Notes under the pieces: model-generated
Databases searched by the model: none
What the model was told of the DNA's origin: nothing
The model's input: only the letters and a program-made list of their open reading frames with translations
Program-made: the position numbers and the translations under genes
Part shown: piece after piece, positions 25,112-38,122 of the stretch
Numbering within the stretch: position 1 is the first letter of the stretch
Layout of the letters: each line of letters begins with the position of its first letter
NCBI RefSeq assembly: GCF_036365525.1
Contig: NC_090371.1
Span: forward strand, 36,315,387-36,379,386
Direction of reading: 5' to 3'
Length of the DNA stretch: 64,000 nucleotides
Origin: Heterodontus francisci
Lineage: Eukaryota

Positions 25112-26352
25112 TTCACAATCTACTTGGTTAAAACTGGTGTAAGCTTCCTACGGGAGGCATTTTAACCAAGTGTCTAAGTTTATTTTAAAGGGGTTTATGA
25201 TTTCCCCAAAATAGCCGTATATGAATTTAAGTTTGGGCTTTTGCTGGCGGCGCCCTATGCACAGGAAGTGATAGAAATCGGCGATTTGTCAGCACAACCT
25301 TCGTCGCTAACCCTCGGGATCTCGGCGTGACCGTGGAGCCAAATTCGTTAAGTCTCCGGTTTACCCGGAGCAGCGCGCTAAGGGTAAAGCTGAGCGGAAT
25401 TCCAAGCCTGACCGGCATTTTCACCCCCAGGGGTGGGGGGAGGGAGGTTTGATTCCAACCGAGAGAGGTGATAGGAATATAGGGACTGACAGTAAAGTGT
25501 CTCCCTGGTCAGTATATCCATATATCCTGGCGCCTGGTCCTTCGGAAACTTCGGTCAGCAAGTCGTGTTTCAGCAAAGTAGGGAGAAGTCTTCCAGATAA
25601 TAAACAGAACATAAACATCGTCCTAATATTTTAATACTGCAACTGCCTGCTCCGCTTCAAGACAAGAAAACGTTGTTACATTTGAGAGGTGTGAGCTTTG
25701 CCATCCTTTTAACACAAATGACAAGATCTGCACACCACACGCAGTAACGAGCAACTGAATTCCAGTCTGATCGGATTTCCCTGTCTGACATAATTAAATA
25801 CTTAGAGGTTTAAAGGGAGCGATTTTAAATATAAAACTTTAATCGAAATCATAGATTATTGGGGAGGGGGGGTTAAAACGTTTCTAAATGGTGCAGGAAA
25901 TTATTACAAAGGTTTCTGTGCTAAATCATCAACAGCAGTTGCTTTATCAGGGTAATAGTGAGAAAGTGTGAGCTTTCCCGTTAGATTTGCTGTTTTTTGG
26001 TTGCTTTAATATGTGTAGTTATATAATTGCTCCGGGTGATTTTTGCTCACAGCCGAAAGCAAAATATAAAATGTGTTTGTTGTATATATTCTACTTCGGA
26101 TTCTCTACATTGTTCTCCTTCTAAATGTGCATATTTAGATATATCCTGCCTGTGCTACATATTTTATAATTTTAGATGTTGAATATTAAAAGTTGGACAA
26201 TTCCCAATGCATATTCGATTTATTGAAATACATTTTAATTTTGTCTCAAAAAAATCGTTTGAATTAGCCACAAGTGTAAATTTTCAATACATTTGTCTTG
26301 ACATTCACGTAATAAATTAATTATATATGTTTCCTGTTTTTATATATTTTAG

Positions 26353-26463
26353 CGATCAAGGACGATAAAATGTCTTGCCACATGATCATCTGGGCTCCTC
26401 TGACGGGCGCTGCCTTTCTGTTGTTGTTAGCACTGATAATCGTCTCCACCGTTTATTGCAGAA
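26353..26463 (+). CDS. CD8A: CD8 alpha exon 4 (TM, AIKDDKMSCHMIIWAPLTGAAFLLLLALIIVSTVYCR)
   Basis: 111 nt phase 1-1 exon; juxtamembrane Cys, IWAPL-G motif characteristic of CD8 alpha TM, YC at the cytoplasmic border. Confidence 0.92.
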
Positions 26464-26570
26464 GTATATCGTTCACATTCTTCTCTCTCTTTCTTCTAAT
26501 ACATGGAGTTTTAACTTTCTAAATCAGTATGGTTGAAATGCACACAAACTAAGGTGCTTCTGTTTTCTAG

Positions 26571-26610
26571 GACCACGTCGGAGACGCTGTCAGCATCAAT
26601 TCAGAAAGAG
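26571..26610 (+). CDS. CD8A: CD8 alpha exon 5 (cytoplasmic RPRRRRCQHQFRK)
   Basis: ttttctag| acceptor, AG|gtgggt donor (phase 1-2); basic run plus the CxH motif, the fish-type LCK-binding motif. Confidence 0.9.
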
Positions 26611-26769
26611 GTGGGTATGACATTTGGTTCGTTCAAAAAAGACATTCAGGTTCGAAACGAGACAAAGCCGAGCACCTAGTCACATATCCCAGAAATATCT
26701 CAATGTTTCAGGATTATGAATCACTTTGAAGTGTAATGACTGTTGTTAAGTAGACAAAGTTCATATGTG

Positions 26770-27240
26770 TTGCACACTGCTGCCACTGTGCATCAGTGGT
26801 GGAGGGAGTGAATGTTGAAGATGATGGATGGGGTGCCAATCAAGTGGGCTGCTTTGTCCTTGGATGGTGTCGAACTTCTTGAGTGTTGTTGGCGCTGCAC
26901 TCATCCAGGCAAGTGAAGAATATTCCATCAAACTCCTGACTTGTGCCTTGTAGATGGTAGACAGGCTTTGGGGAGTCAGGTGATGAGTTACTCAGTATTC
27001 CCAGCCTTTACCCTGCTCTTGTAGTCACAGTATTTATATTGCTGGTCTAGTTCTGCTTCTGGTCAATGGTAATGCTTCTGGTAACCCCCAGGATGTTGAT
27101 GGTGGGGGATTCAGCGATGGTAATGCCATTGAATCTTAAGAGGAGATTGTTAGATTCTCTCTTGTTGGAGATGGTCATTGCCTGGCAGTTGTGTGACACG
27201 AATGTTACTTGCCACTTATCAGGCCAAGCCTGAACATTGC
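26770..27240 (-). mobile_element. Fragment of the tRNA-headed LINE family
   Basis: Similar to about 53080-53530. Confidence 0.8.
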
Positions 27241-27249
27241 AAAAAATAG

Positions 27250-27910
27250 TCCAGCTGGGGACGAACTATTGTTTTATATAGGCTTAGCATAACTTCCCGG
27301 TTTTTTGTACTCTATGGCTCTATTTATAAAGCCCAGAATCTCATCTGATTTTTTCACTGCTTTGTTAAGCTGTCCTGCCATTTACAAAGCTTTGTGCACA
27401 ATCACCCCCATGTTTTCTTCTCTTGCAGAGCCTCGAAAATCATTCCATTTCGCATGCATTGTCTTTCCTCATTCTTCCTACCTCACGCCTTTCCGCATTG
27501 AATTTCATCTGCCATGTGTCTGCCCATTCTTTCATCCTCTCCAAGTCATTACCATCTTCCTCGCTGTTTACACTTACAAGTTTCCTGTCACTTTCAAATT
27601 TTGTGCCATGTATCCCCAAGTCTAAGTCATTAATATATTTCAAAAACAGCAATCCGTCACCCTAGTACTGAGTTTGAGAAACTCCACTGTATATCTCCCT
27701 CCAGTCCAAAAATCAATCCTCTGTTTTCTGTCCCTTAGTCAATTTTGTATCCATGCTGCTACTGCCCCTTTTATCTCACGGGCTTTAACATTTGCTAAAA
27801 AGCAAATAAAGTAGTACTTTATCAAACTCCTTTTTGAAAGCCCATATACACATTGTCAACTGCACTGCCCTCATCCAATTTCTGTTACCTCATCAAAAAA
27901 TTCCACCAAT
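27250..27910 (-). mobile_element. Degraded CR1 RT fragment
   Basis: YINDLDLG...WADTWQMKFN (ORF 27440..27652 -). Confidence 0.75.
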
Positions 27911-28104
27911 GAAGAACTAGTAGTTAAGGGACGACAGGTATGGTATTTAAACACTTCAAGTTTGTAAGAAGAGAAGTTGCAAGGGGATGAGGAGTTGTTT
28001 TGAGGTCTTGGATAGAATAGGCAAGACTAGGAGTTTGTACCATAAGTCTTTTTGTCAACAGGATAAAGATACAGGAAGTGGGGAAGCATGCAGGTCCTGT
28101 TTTA

Positions 28105-28500
28105 TCAGCACCCATCCAACACCTTAAACATTCACCCCCTCCAGCATGGGCACAAGGTGGCTGCAGTGTGCACCATCTACAAGATGCTCTTCAGCAACTC
28201 ACTAAGGCTTCTATGGCAGCATCTTCCAATCCCACAGCTTCTACTGCCTAGAAGGTCAAGGGCAGCAGGCACGTGGGAACACACCACCTGCAAATTCCTC
28301 TCCAAGTCATGCACCTTCCTGACCTGGAAATATATCAACATTCCTTCATCAGCACTGGGTCAAAATCTTGGAACTCCATACCTAACAGGATACCACATGG
28401 ATAGCAACAGTTCAAGAAGGTGGCTCACCACCACTTACTCAAGGGCAACTGAAGATGGATAATGGAGATGATGACGCCCACATCCCATAAATAAATAAAT
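28105..28500 (+). mobile_element. 3' fragment of the tRNA-headed LINE family
   Basis: VAAVCTIYKM; tail gacgcccacatcccat(aaat)n. Confidence 0.8.
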
Positions 28501-31172
28501 ATTTTTTTAAATTAAAATTTATACAGAGCTCAGGCTGAAGAGTGTCTGATTAAATGGCATTGACTTGACACATTACATATACTTGACACATTAACTCTTT
28601 CTCTCCCCACAGATGCTGTTTGACTTGCTGATAATTTCCACCATTTCCTGTTTTCATTAAGGAAAATGTCTTACTTGGTTTACAGTTATGAGAGCTCCCT
28701 CACTACACCACATTGGTGTAAAAAGGAATCTTAAAAAGTAGCTTCAAATTCCCTGGAAAAAAATATCCTCCACTAATGCAATGTGAAGTAGCACATTTTA
28801 GGAAAAAAGAACAATACCTGCAGAACTCTTAACAAAGGGGAGAAACAAAGAAATCTTGGATACAGATACAATAACCTTTAAAAGTGGATTTGCTAGATTT
28901 TATTTATGAGGGCTTTGAATATACAAACAAGAAAATGTTAAGACATTGGTTTGGCTGTAGTTTGGAGTCTCTGCAGTTTTGGGCATCCAGTTGTAGGAAG
29001 GATATCAGAAACACTGAAAGATTATAGTGAAGATTCACTAGAATGTTATCAATAATGAAAGGCCACAATTATGAAGAAAGGTTTGAAAATTTGTGCCTTT
29101 CTAACTGGAGCTGACAAGGTTAAAAGAAGAATCTAATAGAGATTTTTATTATTATACATATTTTGAGGGAATTAAAAATGAAAAATTGCTTTCATTGGCT
29201 AGTTGGTAACATAGGAGTAAAGACACAGGATTATCAAGAACAATGAGAAAAGCTAAAGAAAATGTTTTCACACAACAGATTATTACAATAAATGCTTTGC
29301 CAATTGTTCAAAAGGCAGTTGGATATGTATTCCAGAAGGGGGCGGGGGGAAGGATATGGAGAAAGGGCAGGAAAGTGGTATTAGCACAGATAAATCTAAC
29401 TGAAGAGTATAGCATAGTCTGAGCCCTCAGTAAAGTAATCATTCTTTCCTATCTTTAGATTTATTTTAAGAGCACAAAAATGCACAGAACAAGAACAGCA
29501 TTTGGTTCATCATTCCATAAACCACATACCATCCAATTTATCCTGTGTCAATCCCATTTAAACTTTGGAGGGAACATGCTACATACTGCTGTCTATTCCA
29601 AAAATAATCAAACAAAACTCCAAAATATTCATTCATGCTCACAACTCCACTGCTTAACCCTAACCATGTATGAAACCATATCTGGACCAGTCTATCCATT
29701 GTGTCCCAGATTACTATTGTTTACTTACTAAGAAATGGTGAATGCTTTGCATGACACCATGATAAAGGTCAAAGGTTGCCAGGTGCACAATTATAGCAGC
29801 AACAATTTTTCATTGTTCACTTGCTCAAAATCTTAAACCTTTGAGCATTACCTAGTTCTTAGTATTTTACTTGGAAGGGAACAATTTTTAACAATCTATC
29901 AGTTCTGAGGTTCTGGATGTGATGTGTAAAAAAAATAGAAGGAAGGCACCTCTCTACAAGGGGAGGGAGTTCATGGATTAGGCCATATTTGGTTGGGAAT
30001 GAAAGGTTATAGGGATACATACAGATTAAGATAATCAAATACTCCATGGAATGTATTGCTGAAGTCAAGAGCTGAGAAAGTGTGCCTACAGAAGGTGGTA
30101 AATCATGACTGGATTATAGAAATGTTCAAATGAATAAATATTCAGGAATTTTGCTTGATTGTCTTTGGGGATCAGATTATATTTGTCCAAAACTTTCCCT
30201 CAGATGGTCAAATTAATCAAATTTATACTAAGAGCAGGCTTGATAGGCTGATTGGGCTTTTCTTGTTCCAGACATTCTCAAGTTCATATTCTATTGCTAA
30301 ACTGCTGTTGCAAGTCTTTTAGCAGTGCACTAAAGAATAGTCTTGGCAGAGACCAGAAGACATCTGTGGTGCATTAACAAAGAAAACAAAAAGCAGGATT
30401 AATATTATTTTCACAAATATTCTCAAACACACTTCGATTGGCTCTATTTTGATTTGCAAAAATACCAACTGAAGAACAACACATTTCCAGTAAGTTTATA
30501 CTAACCAAGATGATTCCTTCATTTGAGTTCACATTTTTATAAACTGAAAACTATATAAGATTAATTCAGTCTACACCCAAATTTACTCAATAGTGCAGAA
30601 AACACTTACTATACTGTTCTATCTAAATATAAATCATACTAGTGCACCAATATTTAATCATTTAACAAATAACAAATTTGAGCACAGCTGTGAGGAGTTA
30701 TTTTAGTGGTTATGTAAAGGATCAGTTTAGTTTTAAATGTGTCTTTCAAGTTTTGTATTACGTAAACTAATATAAGTCACATCAGAGAATATTGAGTCAA
30801 CCAGGATTCGACCCTGGAATGTGAACAATATTTTAAATGCACAGCAATGATACTCTCTGTAAAACAATTTGTTCTGATATTATTGTATTTCAGGGATTGA
30901 CCTGTATCAACACTTCATTCAGTTTTCAGAAAATCACTTATTTAAATGTGATGCATGTATTTAAAATACATGAAATAAGTTAGCCTCCAAATTCATCTGA
31001 CAATTTTTCTTTACTATGCCTATCTTACTGTGCATCACCAATGTTTTGCAATTTAGTTTTTTTTTGTAGGCAAGGAACATATTACTGCCTAAAGTCAGTT
31101 AAAAAACTATAATATTTTCAAGAAAAAGAAAATTGTTTTTTACTTAACATTCTTTATTCATTATTTATTCAG

Positions 31173-31218
31173 ACCAATACCTGAAGAGGTTAGCAGACCA
31201 ACAAATAGATACCATTAA
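31173..31218 (+). CDS. CD8A: CD8 alpha exon 6 coding part (RPIPEEVSRPTNRYH*)
   Basis: Pyrimidine-rich acceptor ttattcag|, phase-2 compatible; ends in RY-x-stop like tetrapod CD8A (ARYV); total CDS 660 nt = 219 aa plus stop. Confidence 0.8.
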
Positions 31219-32764
31219 CAAGTAAGTACTGTACTTCAATGAAGGTAAAGAACCATGTCAATGAATATAGTGCAAGTATGTTCTTAATGTTGCACAGATG
31301 AGCTATGGGTACAGCACCATATGTTAAATTTTGGGATTATTTAGTAATGAGTCATACAGACCAGAACATCCCAATAATAACTTTAATTTGTATAGTGCTT
31401 TTTTATGTCATAAAATGTCCCAAGGTTTTTCACTGCATGACAATCAGGAGAAGTAATTAAATGTTTAGTCAAAAAGATAGATTTTGAGGAGGCTTTTAAG
31501 GGTGAAGGGAAAGAGATTTGGGGAGGGAGTTCCAGAGATGGCACCTAGACAACTAAATACTCTGCCGCCAAGTAACAATGCTGGGGAAGGGTGGCATACA
31601 AGAGTTCAAAGTCAGAGGGCCATAGGATGTAAACTAGGTATAGGTCTGGAAGAGATTACAAAAGTCCAATAGAGAATTTTTAAATACTGACAAGAATTTT
31701 GAATTCGGTATATTGGGAGATATGGAGTAAATGGAGGTCAGCAAGGACAGCAGTGATGGATGAGTGGGACATAGTGCAGGATAGGTTGTGGGTGGCAGAG
31801 CGTTAGACAAATTGGAGTCTAGTATAGGCAGGAGTTCCGAACATTAAAAAGGAGTATGTTTGAGAAGTCTACCCTTCAAGTTCTGGAGATAGGGTGGAAA
31901 TGGATAAAGTTACAATGGCAGAGGTGTGGTCTGACCTGCCAATCCTGACTATCTAGATTCACACATGAAGAATCGCTCCAGGATAAGATACTGTAGGAGG
32001 CCTGGTGCCTGTGGAACTGTAGCCCAGTGGAAATCAGGACTTCCAAGGAAGGAAGGTAGAAAATACCAGGAAAAAAATAATTGGCTTAAAGATTATAAAG
32101 CTATAAGCATCAACTTTTAATGATCAAAAACTCTGAAACTGAGAGACAGGAAAATAGTGTCCCATAAACTAACTATTGGGACCAAGATAAATCTCACTTG
32201 TCTGTCAGGAAATGACTGGATTGGGTGCAATACTGGCTTTCCACCCTACCCAATTTTGTTCTCAGTTGCAGTAATATTATTTCACAATCATTCTTTGATA
32301 AGTTTAATATTTCTGGTATGGTTAACCTATGCTATACTTTTCATCTGTGCTGCTTGTGCTACTTTGCAAATAAATCTCAAAGCAGCAGCTCATTATTCAA
32401 TAGGGGATTTTTAAAAGCGTTTTTGTGTTTAGTTTGACTATTCTGGTTATGAAAGGTGAGCTTTATAAATTGTGGCTGATAGATGTAGGAATAGCAGCGA
32501 ATTTATGATGTTTCTTGGTTTAGTAAATTTGAGTGTACGTAACTATTTATATCTATTCTTGCAACTTGCAAATCTGGTCTACTCAAATGAATACGCAATT
32601 GTTACAACTTAATGGGGAATTCCTCATGTCATATCTGGATCTTTTGTAGACGAACTGATAGAGATTAATTGCTATGATTAGTCAACGTCCATTATCATTG
32701 TGTTATGCAAATACCAGGAAGGTAGATGGACCCTGTTCTTTGTTGGTCCAGAATTTTGTTTTAA

Positions 32765-35700
32765 TTATTCATTCATGCGATTAGACCATCACCGTCATGG
32801 CCAGCATTTATTGCCTATCCTTTATTGCCCTAGAGAAGGTGCTGGTGAGCTGCCTTCTTGAATTCCTGGTGGCTATGTGGGGTAGATACAACCACAGTGC
32901 TGTTAGGGAGGGAGTTCCAGGATTTTGACCCAGCAATAGTGAAGGAACGGTGATATTGTTCCAAGGCGGGATGGTGTGTGACTTGGAGGGGAACTTGCAC
33001 ATGATGCTATTCCCATGTGCCTGCTGCCCTTGTCCTTCTAGGTGGTAAAGTTCATAGGTTTGAAAGGTGCAATTGAAGGAACCTTTGTGAGTTTCTTGCA
33101 GATGGCACATACTGCTGTCACTGTATGCCGGTGTTGGAAGGAGTGAATGTTTAAGGTGTCTGATGGGGTGCTGATCAAGCAGGTTGCTTTGTCCTGAATG
33201 GTGTTGAGCTTCTGAGTGTCAGTGGTGCACTCGTCCAAGCAAGTGGAGAGTATCCATCACACTCCTTACTTGTGAATTGCAGATGGTTGTTAGGCTTTGG
33301 GAGTCAGGAGGTGAATTACACACTGCAGAATTCCCAGCCTCTACCCACAGTACTTATATGGCTGATCCAGTTAAGTTTCTGGTCAATGATACCCCTGTGC
33401 CCGCGCACCCCCCGCCCCCCAGCCCCTTGGATGTTGATGGTGGTGAATCAGCAATGGTAATGCCATTGAATGTCAAGGGGAGATGGTTAGATTCTGTCTT
33501 GTTGGAGGCAATCGTTGCTGGCATGTGTGTGGTGGGAATGTAGCTTGCCACTTATCAGCTCAAGTCTAATTGTCATCTAGGTCTTGCTACATGCGGGCAC
33601 AGATTGTTTCAGTATCTGAGGAGTCATGAATGGGATTGAGCACTGTACAATCATCAGCGAATATCCCCACTTCTTACCTTATGATTGAAGGAAGGTCATT
33701 GATGAAGCAGCTGAAGATGGTTGGGCCTAGGACACTACCCTGAGGAACTCCTGCAACGATCTCCTGGGGCTTAGATGTTAGGCTCCAACAACCACAACCA
33801 TCTTCCTTTGTGCTAGGTAAAACTCCAACCAGTGGAGAGTTTTTCCCCGATTCCCATTGACTCCAGTTTTGCTAGGGCTCCTTGATGCCACACTCAGTTA
33901 AATGCTTGATGTCAAGGGCAGTCACTCGCACTTCACCTCCAGAAATCAGCATTTTTAACCATGTTTGGACCAAGGCTATAATGAGGTCTGGAGCCGGGTG
34001 GCCCTGACCCAAACTGACCATTGGTGAAAAGGCTATTGCTGTGTAAGTGCCACTTGATAGCACTGTCGACGTCACCTTCCATCATATTGCTGATGATTGA
34101 GAGCAGACTGGTGGGTGGTAATTGGCCGTATTGGATTTATCCCACTTTTTGTGGACAGGACATATCTGGGCAATTTTCCACATTGTCGGGTGGTTGCCAG
34201 TGTTGCAGCTGTATTGGAACAGCTTGGCTAGGGGTGCGGCTAGTCCTGGAGCACAAGTTTTAAGCACTACAGCTTGGATATTGTCAGGGTCAATAGTCTT
34301 TGCTGTATCCAGTGCCTTCAGCCATTTCTTGATATCACATGGAGTGAATCAAATTGACTGAAGACAGCATCTGTGATGCTGGAGACCTCAGGAGGAGGCT
34401 GAGATGGATCATCCACCTGGCACTTCTGACTGAAGGTGGTTGCAAATGTTTCAGCCTTCTCTTTTACACAGACATCATTGAGAAGCCTCCTCCTCCAGTT
34501 ACTCGGTAAATTGTCCACTATCAGTCATGACTAGATGTGGCAGAACTGCAGATCTTTGATCTGATCCATTGGTTGTGAAATCACTTAGCTCTGTCTATAA
34601 CATGCTGCTTCAACTGTTTAGCATGCATTTAGTTCAGTGATGTAGCTTCACCAGGTTGACACCTCATGTTTAGGTATGCCTGGTGCTGCTCCAGGCATGC
34701 TCTCCTACAGTCCTCATTGAACCTGGGTTGATCCCCTGGCTTGATGGTAATGCTAGAGTAAGGGATGTGCCAGGCCAGGAGGTTACAGATTGTGGTTGAA
34801 TACAATTCTGCTGCTGCTGATGGCCCACAAAGTCTCAGGGAGGCCCCATTTTTATCTGTTCTGAATCTATCCCATTTAGCATGGTGGTAGTCCCACACAA
34901 CATAATGGAGGATGCCCGCAGTGTGAAGATGGGAATTGTCTCCACAGGACTGTGCATTAGTCACTACCAATACTGTTATGGACAGATGCATCTTTGACAG
35001 GTAGATTGGTGAGGATGAGGTCATGTACGTTTTTCCTTTGTGTTGGTCCTCTCACCACCTGCCACACAAGCGCCAGACAATGACCATCTCCAACAAGAGA
35101 GAATCTAACCATCTCCCATTGACCTTTAATGGCATTATCATCACTGCATCCCCACCATCAACATCCTGGGGTTACCATTGACCAGAAACTTAACTGGACC
35201 AGCCATATAAATACTGTGGCTACAAATGCAGGTCAGAGGCTGGAAATTCTGCAGCAAGTAACTCACCTCTTGACTCCCCAAAGCCTGTCCACCATCTATA
35301 ATGCACAAATTAGGAGTGTGATGGAATACTCTCCACTTGCCTGGATGGGTGCAGCTCTAACAACACTCAAGAAGCTCAAAACCACCCAGGACAAAGCAGG
35401 TCACTTGATCGGCACCCCATCCACCACCTTAAACATAATTCCCCCCCCACCACCGGCATACAGTGGCATCAAACCTCCTTCGACAGCATTTTTCAATCCC
35501 ATGACCTCTTCCACCTAGAAGGACAAGAGCAGCAGACACATGGGAACGCCACCACCAGAAATTCCCCTCCAAACCACACGCCATCTTGACTTGGAACTAC
35601 ATCACTGTTCCTTCACTGTTGCTGGGTCAAAAATCTGGAACTCTCTCCCTAACAGCACTGTGGGTGTACCTACACCAGATGGACTGCAGTGGTTCAGGGG

Positions 35701-36955
35701 CAATTAGGGATGGCAACAAATGCTGGCCTTATCAGCAATGCTCACATCCCATGAAAGAATTTTAAAAGGGGCCCAGTCTAGGAGATATGTCCTTCAGGAC
35801 TTGGCCAGCTCAGTCAGTAGTGTTGCTATTGAGCCACTTTTGGTGATGGATATAAAAGACTCCCAACCAGAGTACATTCTGTACCCTTGTGACCCTCGGT
35901 GCTTCTTCCAAGTGGTGCTCAATGTAGAGGAATACTGAGGGCAGCCAATGGTAATCAACATGAGGTTTCCTTGTACATGTTGGACTTGATAGGGTCCGGA
36001 GTCAATGTTGAGGACTCCCAGGCCCACTCCATCCTGACTGTATACCACTGTGCCACCACTTCTGGTGGATCAGTCCTGCCATTGGGGCAGGACATATCCA
36101 GGGATGGCGATGGAGGAGTCTGGGACATTGGCTGTAAGATATGATTCAGTGAGTATGACTATATCAGGCTGTTGCTTGACTAGACCATGGGTCAGCTCTC
36201 CCAATTTTGGCACAAGTCTCCAGATGTTCATGAAGACTTTGCAGGGTCATTTCCAGTGCCTCAGTCAATGCCGGGCGGTCCATCCAGTTATATTAAATTT
36301 TTTTCATTGTGGTTTGATACACAGTGGCTTGCTTGGCTATTTCAGAGGGCTTTTATGAGTCACATGTCGGCCAGGCTGAGTAAAAACAGCAGATTTCCTT
36401 CCCTGAAGGATGTTAGTGAACCAGATGGGTTATTACAACAATCCAGTAGTTTCTATGATCATCATTAGTAAAGATTAGCTGTATTCCAGATTTATTAATT
36501 ATATTTAAATCCTCCTAGCTGCCTTGGGGGGATTTGACACAGTGGCACAGTGGTTAGCACTGCAGCCTCACAGCTCCAGCGACCCGGGTTCAATTCCGGG
36601 TACTGCCTGTGTGGAGTTTGCAAGTTCTCCCTGTATCTGCGTGGGTTTCCTCCGGGTGCTCCGGTTTCCTCCCACAAGCCAAATGACTTGCAGGTTGGTA
36701 GGTAAATTGGCCATTATAAATTGCCCCTAGTATAGGTAGGTGGTAGGGAAATATAGGGACAGGTGGGGATGTGGTAGGAATATGGGATTAGTGTAGGATT
36801 AGTATAAATGGGTGGTTGATGGTCGGCACAGACTCGGTGGGCCGAAGGGCCTGTTTCAGTGCTGTATCTCTAAACATGAACTCATGTCACCTGAACATTA
36901 GCCCAGGCCTGTGGATTACTAATTCGGTAACATTACCACTATCCTACCATCCCCC
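32765..36955 (-). mobile_element. Degraded near full-length copy of the tRNA-headed LINE, with an opposite-strand family segment (about 35065-35760) and a nested HE1 SINE
   Basis: Colinear with 52721-56016 (LKTCAP.LAAPLAKLFQYS, VVWDYHHAKWDRFR); head at 36340-36535 and 36875-36955. Confidence 0.8.
36537..36873 (+). mobile_element. HE1-type V-SINE
   Basis: tRNA head, V-domain, CR1-like tail. Confidence 0.9.
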
Positions 36956-37222
36956 TATAAGCCCCGCCCTTTCTATGTCCCTATGAGGAGCTACAAGTCT
37001 GTTTAACTGTAGCATCTTTATCCACTCACCTCTGAATGGTGAAATAAATCGCTCTTGAAATTAGCAGTAAAGTTCTGCTATCTGTCCTAGAAATTAGGAG
37101 TCACCTAAAAGGATTGGGGTTAGGGTCTGTTACACCCTACTGTGCCTCGGATACAGGTTTCTTAGCTCACATGTTTTTTCGCGAATGCATTGACCAAAAA
37201 CTTAACATCTTCCCTACTTCAG

Positions 37223-37767
37223 GTTAATTTCTGAAAACGTGCGGATTCAACGCTGAATCCTGGAATCCAGCTCTACACTTCAGAGAAACAAAGGAGCCAA
37301 CACAGGAATGATGACCTTAGAACGGATTGTCTTTCAGCTGGCCTTCACATTTTGTTCAATGTCTACTTGAACCGCGTTTTAGTTGACGTAACATTGCTCT
37401 AGCTGACAGGTGCTAATATCCTTCCCTGTGTTTCATGACTGAACTGTGGTTTCGTGACCGATGTAAAGAGGAATTTCTTTTTCCTGGGCATTTCTGTGTC
37501 CGACAAAGAGTTCAGTCATGGAGTGAGAAGCTGTAATTTGATTTTCAATTGTTTCATATTTCATACTTTTCCGAAATCCCTGGTTGAAATGCAAAAATCT
37601 ATTTCACCTCTTGGTGTTAGAGTGTGGAGCAGGTAACGCTTGTGGAATTCCAGGATCACTCTGGGATGTCAGATCATTCCATCCCTTCATCAAGGGGGGG
37701 GGGGGGGGGGGAATCCACAAATCAGACTTCGTGATCTCGTCTCTCACCACCCGAATAATAAGTGACT
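37223..37767 (+). other. Probable non-coding 3' UTR exon of CD8A (3' end undetermined)
   Basis: A donor (caa|gtaagt) lies 3 nt after the CD8A stop; best downstream acceptor seen is cttaac...cttccctacttcag| at 37222, followed by non-repetitive, non-coding sequence. Confidence 0.45.
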
Positions 37768-38122
37768 AGGGCGGCACAGTGGCGCAGTGGTTAGCACCGC
37801 AGCCTCACAGCTCCAGGGACCCGGGTTCGATTCCGGGTACTGCCTGTGTGGAGTTTGCAAGTTCTCCCTGTGTCTGCGTGGGTTTTCTCCGGGTGCTCTG
37901 GTTTCCTCCCACAAGCCAAAAGACTTGCAGGTTGATAGGTAAATTGGCCATTATAAATTGTCACTAGTATAGGTAGGTGGTAGGGAAATATAAGAACAGG
38001 TGGGGATGTTTGGTAGGAATATGGGAATAGTGTAGGATTAGTATAAGTGGGTGGTTGATGTTCGGCACAGACTCGGTGGGCCGAAGGGCCTGTTTCAGTG
38101 CTGTATCTCTAATCTAATCTAA
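37768..38122 (+). mobile_element. HE1-type V-SINE
   Basis: Full head ggcggcacagtggcgcagtgg, B box gggttcgattcc, (taatc)n tail. Confidence 0.92.

Noticed and set aside
31071-31091. QGTYYCL resembling an Ig F-strand, as a relic of a second V exon
   Set aside because: Upstream sequence is AT-rich intron with stops and no B-strand Cys or C-strand Trp
32157-32437. Hydrophobic ORFs resembling TM segments
   Set aside because: AT-rich intronic sequence without convincing splice sites or family motifs
37768-37850. tRNA-like sequences (also 3409, 36537, 55940)
   Set aside because: SINE or LINE heads continuing into element bodies, not tRNA genes
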